From: Trichodesmium erythraeum IMS101
Lineage (GTDB): Bacteria > Cyanobacteriota > Cyanobacteriia > Cyanobacteriales > Microcoleaceae
Direction: 5' to 3'
Assembly (NCBI RefSeq): GCF_000014265.1
Contig: NC_008312.1
Location: forward strand, 960,001 to 992,000
DNA: 32,000 bases
Below, one piece after another: positions 16,171 to 24,445 of the stretch (position 1 is the stretch's first letter; each line of letters starts with the position of its first letter). The position numbers and the translations under genes were made by a program. The notes under the pieces are model-generated. The model saw only the letters and a list, made by a program, of their open reading frames with translations, made no database searches and was not told where the DNA came from.

Positions 16171-16399
16171 TACTACTTCCTCTCCTGGTCAAGGTTAGAG
16201 GTTACTCCCAGGTTATTGATAGGGGTTAAAAAGTTTTTGATAAATATTAAAAAAAAGTAAGGAATTAGACACATTACTTACCTTTACTAATATCCTACTC
16301 CCCTAGTCCCCTTGTTAAGAGAAGTAGGGATAAGTCCCCAGCTATTAATACGAGCTAAAAACTTTTTAATAAATAGTATAAAAAAGTAAAGTATTAGGC
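16171..16399. repeat. Two diverged tandem copies (about 100-110 nt, roughly 70% identical by eye) of an intergenic element upstream of the hydrolase gene
   Basis: Copy A is 16171-16270 and copy B is 16291-16399. Shared blocks: ..CCCAG.TATT.ATA.G.G.TAAAAA.TTTTT.ATAAATA.TA.AAAAAGTAA.G.ATTAG. Each has a 5' stem (cctct/agagg in A, tcctact/agtagga in B) and an AAAAA-N-TTTTT palindrome. Confidence 0.6.
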
Positions 16400-16489
16400 G
16401 TAATTATTTTAATCAGAGTAATAGCAATTCACTTTGTTATATAATCTATAAATTAAAAAAAAATCATCAAAAATCAGGAGCTAGTTAGA

Positions 16490-17383
16490 GTGAAAATAGG
16501 AGAAAAAACATCTTATATAAATATCAACGGTGTTGAACATTACTATGAGTGGATCAAGACATCAAACTCTAGAGAAAAATCAAAACCAGTAATGGTATTT
16601 TTGCACGGATGGGGAGGTTCTGGTAGATATTGGGAAAGCACAGCGAAAGAACTTTCCCATAAATTTGATTGTCTAATTTACGACTTAAGAGGATTTGGTC
16701 GTACTTCTTTACCTAAAGATAAATCTACAGGAGAAAAAAGGATTTCTTCAACTACAAAAAATCTTATTAATGACTATGACTTAGTAACTTATGCCGAAGA
16801 TTTAAAAGTTTTGTTAAATGCTTTAAATTTAGATCAAGTTTATATTACTGCTCATTCAACTGGAGCATCTATTGCTATTATATTTTTGAATATGTATCCA
16901 GAGAGATTAGAAAAAGCAATTTTCACCTGTAGTGGTGTTTTTGAATATGACGAAAAAAGCTTTTCTGCCTTTCATAAATTTAGCCGTTATGTAGTGATGT
17001 TTCGCCCTAAATGGTTAGTTAAAATTCCTTTTATGGGTCGTATTTTTATGGCAAGATTTTTCCATAAACCTCTGCCTAATAGTATGTGTAATATTTTTTT
17101 AGAAGATTTTCTCTTAGCAGATTTTGATGCTGCCTATGGCACAGTTTTAACTTCCGTAAGTAAAAAAGCAGCAGAATGGCTACCAGAAGAATTTAAAAAA
17201 TTAACAGTACCAGTTCTATTAATTTGTGGTGAATATGATCAGATAATTCCCTTAGAGATGGGTAGGCAAGCAGCAAAACTAAATGAAAATATAGAATTTA
17301 TTGTGATGGAAAATACAGCTCATTTTCCTATGCTAGAAGATCGAGAAAAATATCTACAAAAAGTCCTAAATTTTGTAGCATAA
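16490..17383 (+). CDS. Alpha/beta-fold hydrolase
   Basis: GTG start with AGGAG 9-10 nt upstream. Oxyanion region VFLHGWGGSGRYW. Nucleophile elbow AHSTGAS (GxSxG-type). Catalytic-His region NTAHFPMLE near the C-terminus. Confidence 0.9.
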   Translation: MKIGEKTSYININGVEHYYEWIKTSNSREKSKPVMVFLHGWGGSGRYWESTAKELSHKFDCLIYDLRGFGRTSLPKDKSTGEKRISSTTKNLINDYDLVTYAEDLKVLLNALNLDQVYITAHSTGASIAIIFLNMYPERLEKAIFTCSGVFEYDEKSFSAFHKFSRYVVMFRPKWLVKIPFMGRIFMARFFHKPLPNSMCNIFLEDFLLADFDAAYGTVLTSVSKKAAEWLPEEFKKLTVPVLLICGEYDQIIPLEMGRQAAKLNENIEFIVMENTAHFPMLEDREKYLQKVLNFVA

Positions 17384-17941
17384 ATTAAAATTTAAGAGTC
17401 AAACTGAGTCAGGCAAAGGATATAACCTAGAAGACATAAAGGAACAAATATCAAGCCTCATTAATGAGCTAGAATCAAATGCTTTTCTCAGGTTAATTTA
17501 TTTCAATTTCTAACTGTTCGTTTGATTCCAAAAGGCTTTTGGGATTAATTAAATATCCGGCTAATTTTTTATGTTTTCAAAACACAGGACTAATGGATCT
17601 GGGTGACATTCAAAGCCATAAACTGGAGCATCATAAGCAGGATCTAGTGTCATTGAGTCAATGCATCACTAGCTCCGAGCTCTAAGATAGTTTTGACTTT
17701 AGCCTGAGAAATGTGTGTGATAATCATAGAATGCAAATAAATACCAGAGTTTCCAGTTGACATCAATGAACCTCCTAATTACTCATAGTTTAATTGGCTC
17801 AAGTTTCAGGACAAAACCCCCGTCTTTTAAAAGGGTAATTCCATCTAATTTTAGATATTAATTTAACACCGACATTCCGCAGATATTCATACATCTTTAT
17901 GTAGATTGACATTTTCTAAGTAGATACGATAAAATATAGTA

Positions 17942-18120
17942 TTTAAAGAAGTAAAAACTTGAGTAAGTATTTAGACTCAATAAAAAAAAACCTCAAGCTG
18001 TTATTGTAGATAACAAGGTGGAGAATAAACAAGAGTAAAAAATATCAATAGAAGTGACTAATATAAACCACTTAGGTAATGTAGTTAGCGTAATATTTAT
18101 GCTAACTACATTTTCTTTTT
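17942..18120 (+). ncRNA. Candidate ~180-nt small RNA defined by a near-consensus promoter and an intrinsic terminator
   Basis: TTGACA (17906-17911), 18-nt spacer, TAAAAT (17930-17935). Terminator: 12-bp stem AATGTAGTTAGC (18078-18089) / GCTAACTACATT (18101-18112), followed by TTCTTTTT. There is no ATG-initiated ORF of note between them. An internal hairpin TTGAGT-N10-ACTCAA lies near 17959-17980. The ends are predicted, not mapped. Confidence 0.35.
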
Positions 18121-18903
18121 GTCTAAAGTCCAAATATATCCGAAAAACAATTAGTTATAGTATTTACAATTCAAGATAACGGTACATTATATATAGAATA
18201 CCTGCCTAAGTCCTAATAAATCTAATATAAATCTAATATAAAAGTTAATATTTGGTTCCAAAATTAATATTAGAAATCTATTAATTTTATAGATTGCTAT
18301 TAGGCAAAATTCAACTTATATTAGTATCTGTTGATAATATATATTGATCAGGTGTATTTACCTTAAAATAGCTTGAGCTGACTTAGGATTTTCTGGCCTG
18401 CTCTTGTCTTGCTTACTTGATACAAACAGGGATCACTAGACATAGTTGAACCTATAACATTAGATGCTTATAAACCCTTTATCAAAGCTAGTATTGATAT
18501 TGCCATGAGTTCCAATAATCAGGACTTAGGCACGGGAACTGCATCCTATGAGAGCGAATATGATTTGCAACTATGGTCTTGAGATTACCTATCCAGTAAG
18601 GGCGATTTGAAACTCTACTCATTTAGCAGCATAGCCTCAATTACACCTGATCGTTTATCTAGTGGAAGTTGAACTATGAAGTTCTAAAAACGAGTTTCTT
18701 AGACAAAACTTCAGGGAACACTTGAGGATATAGTTTATCTAGTAACAGTCAGGCTACTTCACACTTATGCCAGTCAGGAATGGTTTTGTTGCTTTTATTG
18801 TGATTGGTTTTACTGCAATAAAAATCCATTCCTGGCTTATTTCTAGTAATTCTCTAAACTGCAACACAAGCAAAGGAGTAAAAAAAAGGAGTAAAAAAAA
18901 ATA

Positions 18904-19263
18904 GTGAAACGAACTTTCTGCAGAAGCTTGCCAGCTTTTTTGATGACAACTGTGTTGATGCTAATAATTGTGTTATAGCCCGCCATTACAGCAAATGGAG
19001 CCATAGCTTAGACTCAAAAGAGTAATTATGCTCTCGATCAAACCGGAGCAAGCTTGGTACATTGCGATCTACACTTTGTAGACAAAGAGGATAAGTTCAT
19101 TGATATTAATGCAGATACTGAAGAGGCAAAAAGACCCATATGGACTGCATATACAAGGGATAATTTCAATCAGGAAAGTATCGAGGATCTAAAACAATAT
19201 TCTTTTATACATATCTCAGGAATATTGTTTCAGATAGGTTCCGCCAAGGCAAATTCACCCTAA
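18904..19263 (+). pseudogene. Possible small secreted-protein gene interrupted by two in-frame TAG codons
   Basis: GTG at 18904 with AGGAG upstream opens a signal-peptide-like VKRTFCRSLPAFLMTTVLMLIIVL. The frame then reads TAG (18976-18978), PAITANGAIA, TAG (19009-19011), and runs in the same frame into listed ORF 19054-19263. Confidence 0.3.
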
Positions 19264-20267
19264 TTTTTTTTCGGAAGTGATTTAGACTTAAAAGCTTATC
19301 CCACAAACTTTTTAACTTGCTATTCTCCTTGGGTACTCTATAAACACCAAGGTAATTTTTTGATGGGCCCTCGTTTCCGGATTTTTCTCACTCGTAAGCA
19401 AGAAAAAAAACTACTGAAACTTAGAACTGAGGATTTACCACAGAAAGTTAAAGACCGACCAGAGGTCATCAGCTTTCTGGGAATGATGACAATTCAATAC
19501 TTTCCGGATCCAGGCATTACCGCTATACATAGTGCAAAAAATTGTTATTTTTCCGATGAAGCCACTATAATTAGTTTAGTGACCTGAATCCTGACTTGAC
19601 TTTTTGTACAATGCCTAGTAATTGAATAAATAAAAGCAGTAATAAATTTTCGTAGAAATTAAACCGTACCACCACCCCACCTGAAAACTGACACCTACCA
19701 CTTACTAGGTTTTTAGGCGTCTTGTCACCCTTTCAGTGTTTTTACCTTGAATTAACCGTTTTTCTGACATACATAATAGGTTTTAGCTATTTTTATTTCC
19801 CTTGGTATTTCCCTTGTTAATCATGGTTTGGTGCCGTTTTCGGTATCAAAAATCTTAAATCTCAAATAGCTGCAATGCTTACTCTGCAAACGTTTCATTA
19901 TAATCATAAATAATACCAAGTTCGCCAAATGTGAGAAGGTATTTTTTCAAGTTACAGCCTTTACTCAATGTCCTGTTAGGGAATGGGATAAGCCTGCTTT
20001 TATATCCGGATATCACCTGAGCACAATTAATTTACTACATATACAAGACTACCGGAATAAACGAGTAGAGAATAAATCAAGAATAAAAAAAATTAAATAC
20101 TTTTATAGAAATAATATCAAAGAATCCGGAGTTTTAAATTATATCATAGGAAAATAGAATATTAACCGACTAACAATGGAAATGCTTACCAAAGTAAAAA
20201 ATTATCAATTTACAATTTCAAATAGCAACCATTAAGGGCAAAATCAAATAAAATTTATATAAAATCT

Positions 20268-20867
20268 ATGCACAATATGCAAGCATATTTTTTTATTGAC
20301 AACATTTTAGAGAAAAAATTGTCATATAATCAAAATTTTCTTTCTTGGTTAGAAGATAAAATTTTTACTCCCTCTCCAACTATACCCATTGATGAAACTT
20401 TACCATTTTTACTAGAGGCATTAGAATTAACGAGTAACTCTCAAGGTGATCCTCAAACTGTTTATCCTCTAATTGCCGAAAATCTTGATTTATTAGAACC
20501 CCATTTTATATACATTTTACGCAAGTGGGCAAGGCAAACTTTTCCCAATATCTCTCAAAATAGAGCAACTATCATTGCCAATACATTAGTAAATTTTGCT
20601 GGGATTATTTGGGCACTACCTGAGGGAGATTCTGATGTTAACTTAGAAATTGCTTTAGCTTGCTGCGAGCTAGCTTTGGAAGTCTATTATTTAGATAAAT
20701 TTCCTAAACAATGGGCAATAGTTCATAATAATCTAACTATAATTTATCAAAGTCGTTGCTATGGAGTTCCGGCTCATAATTTGATAAAATCTCTTGAACA
20801 TTATCAAAAAGCTAATCTTGTATTTTCCCGCCAAAGATTTCCTAAAAAATGGACTGATTTAAGTTGA
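20268..20867 (+). CDS. Short ORF matching only the N-terminal region of long cyanobacterial TPR/CHAT-type proteins (probable truncated remnant)
   Basis: ..SNSQGDPQTVYPLIAENLDLLEPHFIYILRKWA.. and NLEIALACCELALEVY..FPKQWAIVHNNL..Y..R......NL..SLEHYQKA..V.....FPKKW follow the FPxxWAxxxNNLGxAY / NLExAI repeat pattern I recall from about 900-aa TPR-CHAT proteins. The ORF stops after 199 aa, and the same frame stays open for about 59 more codons beyond the TGA. Confidence 0.6.
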   Translation: MHNMQAYFFIDNILEKKLSYNQNFLSWLEDKIFTPSPTIPIDETLPFLLEALELTSNSQGDPQTVYPLIAENLDLLEPHFIYILRKWARQTFPNISQNRATIIANTLVNFAGIIWALPEGDSDVNLEIALACCELALEVYYLDKFPKQWAIVHNNLTIIYQSRCYGVPAHNLIKSLEHYQKANLVFSRQRFPKKWTDLS

Positions 20868-21335
20868 TATTATGTAATACGAAATAACTTAGAGCTAGCT
20901 GATAAATATATATATAATCCTTTGATTATACAACAGTTTCAGTATCAGAAATTAAACTTGCAAGACAGACTATCCATTCTTGCGACTGCTATACATAATC
21001 TTTTTTATTTGAGTGCCAGACTCCAAAAAAGAGAAAGGGAGATTTGATGAAACCTCTCTAAAAAAGCAATTTGATTAATACATCCCTATAGCAATTCTAT
21101 TCTATTTTATTTGTGTCCAAAACCTTGTCGCTTTTGGGGATGAGGGTTATAGGGTAATGTTCAATGGGCAAGAGTTTGGGAGTTTATTTCTAGTTTTTCA
21201 ATTATCACAACCTATGAAGGAATTACTATAGTTAAAATTAGCTATAGATTAACTCTATTAATAATTCCCGGGGCACCAATCTCTAAATACTTTGACACAT
21301 TAAAATATAACATAATTAGTAGAAACTATAAACCC

Positions 21336-24248
21336 TTAAAGTCCATTTCCTATCAAAATAAATGAGGCCCAGTAGTAAGGATTACTATCTTCTTGATCAT
21401 TTCCAGTAATCATACTTATTTGAGCTTTGCGTAATGCTTCTGCTTTGCTTTTTCCTTCTTGTAAAACTGTGTAAAAAGTATTCATTAAATTATCCGAATC
21501 ATCGTTAACTCGCCACAAAGAAGCTATTATTGTTTCTACTCCTGCATTTTGCATTTGATAACCAAAACCAATTATTTCTTCCCCATTACCCATACGCCCA
21601 CTAATATTAGTTTCAGCAGCACTTAATACTACTAAATCCACATTTGGTAATGACCAATTTTCCATATTTGATAGAGTAATACGATCACCATCTCCAAACA
21701 AGATAAAAGAGTCTTCCGGTTTGCCACTTCCTTCTTTTTTTGTTAACAATGCCACAGGAGTATCTAAATGCAAAACATTGTAATCTTTAATATTATTAAC
21801 TATTGCTTGTGAACTAAACTCACTATTAATAAACTGACGACTACCAGGAATTATTTCAACTAAATTTTCGACTAATTTTCCTGTTGTTGGTCTCAAAGAA
21901 ACTTCGCGAGATCCGAGCCGAACCTTATATTCACCTTCTGTTAAAGCAGCTGCTAATACACGAAGTTGATTTTGAGGTTGAGTCTCAAAACTTGTCAGAC
22001 TAGCTGCAATAATATTATTAATAATAAATCTTTCTACTAACCATTGTTCTCCATCATAAAGTGCAGCTAAAGGTAGATAACGTAGTTGCTTATCCGGCAC
22101 ATAAATAATTGTATTAATTTTAGCTTTAGTCAACTCATTTTCTATTGGTTTTATCAACCAATTATAGAGTTTTTCAGAAGATTTTTTAACATTGACAATA
22201 GGATTAGAAATTGTGCGGCGAAAATCAGCGATCGCTCGTTCAACTTCTTTCCCTTTTACCTCTACAGTTTCATGTACCGTTTTTCCATCTGCCGTAATTA
22301 ATACCAATTCTAACTTATCTGGCAAAATCAAAGGATAAAATAATGCTGCTCCAGGTAACTTTTCCAATTTAAACTGCAGACTTTGAAACTGTGAAAAATT
22401 TGCCTTAAGATCATTTTGATCAATTTCCAGTTCTAAAACACTTTTGCTTTTCTGAGCCAGAATTTTTTCTTCTACACTTAGCAACTTTATTTTTTTCGCC
22501 CTTACTTCATTACCCTTCACATTTCCGAAATAATTATCTAATTCTTGCAGCCTCAGCAAATCTAAAACTTGTTGAGCTTCAAAAATACGTTCTTGTTGTA
22601 ATAGTAAACCTACTAAATTACTGTAAATTTCTTTTGAATTTTCCCAGAAACCTTTCTGATATTCCTGACTCCCTATAGTCCGATAAATATTAATAGCTTG
22701 TTTATAGAAAACTACTGCCAATTCAGGTTTTTCTTGAGCCACTAATATTGTACCTAAATGTTCATAAATGCGACCAACTTTAGCAGTATTTCCAACTTCT
22801 TGATATCTAGCTAATGCTTTCTCTAAATTTTCTAAAGCTTGAGGATATTGTTTAAGCTTCAAGAAAGAATCTCCTATTCCGTGATAAGCTATAGAAACAG
22901 CATTTTTATCATTTTTATCAGGTAAATTCTTTAAAGCAAGCATATAATAATTTAGAGAAATAGAATAATCCCCAGAACTATAATAAACCTCTCCCAAACC
23001 ATTCATATTATCAGCAACAACCGACTTTTCTCCTGCTGTCTGATTAATAGATAAAGATTTTAGTAAAATTTCTTTGGCTTTCTGATTTTCTCCTAAACGG
23101 TTATAAACCTTTCCCAAACCAATCATACTTTTACCTTGACCAGGGGAGTCTTCTGCTTCTTGGTAAAGTACTAAAGCCGCTTCATAAGTTGACTTTGCTT
23201 TAGTATTTTCTCCCATTTCATAATAAGTATCACCCAAATAATTTAAAGCTTTTAATTGTCCAACACCATCCCCAGCAATTTTAGTAGCTTCTAAACTTTT
23301 TTCATAAGCTTCTAAAGCCTTAGTTTCCTCTCCTTCTTTTTGATAAAGCATGCCCATGAAACCATAAATTCGTCCTACACTTATTTGGTCACCAACAGTT
23401 TTTAACATAGCAACTGCTTGCCGGAAATATTTGAGAGCTTCAGAATTTTCACCCTTTTCCCTATAGACAAAACCGATATTATTTAATAACCTGCCAATTC
23501 CAGCACTATCATTAATTTCTCGCCGTGCACTTAAAGCTTTTTGATATTTTTCCAAAGCTTTGTCATAATTACCTTGGTTGAAGTAAACTACTCCTATATT
23601 ATTAAGGGTTCGGCCAAGATTTCGAGGATCGCCCACTTCTTCTCGGATAGCAAGTGCTTCTAAGTAAAATTGCAGTGCTTGGTCAAACTGTCTCTGACTT
23701 GCTTTAACTACAGCAATATTATGTAATGACTCTCCTTCCATAGAGCGATCGCTAGCCCCTTGAGAAATCTCCAAAGCTTCTTGATGTAAACTTATTGCTT
23801 GAGAAAGCTCACCTTGTTTCTGATAAACAAAACCAATAAGGTTTAGACTTTCTGCCACACTAGGACGATCATTTATCTTTCGGTGAATAGCTAAAGCTTC
23901 TTGCAAAACACCCATTGCTTCTGAATATTTTCTTTGGTTAATATATACATCCCCAATATTGTTAAGAACTTGGCCTATTCCCCCAAGGTCTCCTAATTCT
24001 TTACGAATATTTAAAACTTGTTCGTAGTTTTCCAGAGCTTCATCAAATATTCCTTTCCGAAATTGTTCTACACCTGTTTTGAACAACTTATCTCCCTTGG
24101 CCTTAGAGGCAGATGATTCCTGGGAATTTTCCGTCTCTAGGGCAGGAGTTTGGGCCAAGACATGGGGAATAATTACAATGCTAGGTATGGCCGAAATTGT
24201 CATCACCATAACAGTCAAATAGCTATAGTAAAGATATAAATTTTTCAC
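21336..24248 (-). CDS. TPR-repeat protein with a C-terminal CHAT (caspase-like) domain and an N-terminal signal/anchor; catalytic dyad substituted
   Basis: 970 aa. The N-terminus has a hydrophobic MVMTISAIPSIVIIPHVLAQ segment. About 10 TPR-like units follow (..LNNIG.VY...G.Y..AL..Y..AL..). The C-terminal CHAT signature is ..VLHLDTPV.., ..VDLVVLSAAETN.., ..ASLWRVND.., KAEALRKAQ, NPYYWASFILIGN. Two HIP1 sites lie inside. Confidence 0.92.
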   Translation of the reverse strand: MKNLYLYYSYLTVMVMTISAIPSIVIIPHVLAQTPALETENSQESSASKAKGDKLFKTGVEQFRKGIFDEALENYEQVLNIRKELGDLGGIGQVLNNIGDVYINQRKYSEAMGVLQEALAIHRKINDRPSVAESLNLIGFVYQKQGELSQAISLHQEALEISQGASDRSMEGESLHNIAVVKASQRQFDQALQFYLEALAIREEVGDPRNLGRTLNNIGVVYFNQGNYDKALEKYQKALSARREINDSAGIGRLLNNIGFVYREKGENSEALKYFRQAVAMLKTVGDQISVGRIYGFMGMLYQKEGEETKALEAYEKSLEATKIAGDGVGQLKALNYLGDTYYEMGENTKAKSTYEAALVLYQEAEDSPGQGKSMIGLGKVYNRLGENQKAKEILLKSLSINQTAGEKSVVADNMNGLGEVYYSSGDYSISLNYYMLALKNLPDKNDKNAVSIAYHGIGDSFLKLKQYPQALENLEKALARYQEVGNTAKVGRIYEHLGTILVAQEKPELAVVFYKQAINIYRTIGSQEYQKGFWENSKEIYSNLVGLLLQQERIFEAQQVLDLLRLQELDNYFGNVKGNEVRAKKIKLLSVEEKILAQKSKSVLELEIDQNDLKANFSQFQSLQFKLEKLPGAALFYPLILPDKLELVLITADGKTVHETVEVKGKEVERAIADFRRTISNPIVNVKKSSEKLYNWLIKPIENELTKAKINTIIYVPDKQLRYLPLAALYDGEQWLVERFIINNIIAASLTSFETQPQNQLRVLAAALTEGEYKVRLGSREVSLRPTTGKLVENLVEIIPGSRQFINSEFSSQAIVNNIKDYNVLHLDTPVALLTKKEGSGKPEDSFILFGDGDRITLSNMENWSLPNVDLVVLSAAETNISGRMGNGEEIIGFGYQMQNAGVETIIASLWRVNDDSDNLMNTFYTVLQEGKSKAEALRKAQISMITGNDQEDSNPYYWASFILIGNGL

Positions 24249-24360
24249 CGTGAAAGACCTCCTTATTCAAAACAAGTGATGGGTTTGAGATAAAACAATT
24301 ATTTCAAATACTATGCCCTTAAGAAAGGAGTTAAAATAAAGTAAATGCAAAAATCACCAC

Positions 24361-24391
24361 AAATATACACTATAAATATATTTGTATATTT
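24361..24391. promoter_or_regulatory. 9-bp perfect inverted repeat in the divergent CHAT / PatA-type promoter region (candidate operator)
   Basis: AAATATACA-N13-TGTATATTT, within the 197-nt spacer between the start codons at 24248 (-) and 24446 (+). The AT-rich context makes a chance occurrence plausible. Confidence 0.25.
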
Positions 24392-24445
24392 TTTAATTTT
24401 TTTTCTCTCCAATTTCTAACAATATATACAATCATTATCAAGAAA

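Noticed and set aside
19360-19587. ORF 19360-19587 as an IS630 transposase N-terminal fragment or a real gene
   Set aside because: The resemblance is limited to about 30 residues of charged HTH-like sequence (..LTRKQEKKLLKL....PQKVKDRPEVI..). The rest does not fit, it uses a non-ATG start, and no downstream DDE remnant was found. It is mentioned only as weak context.
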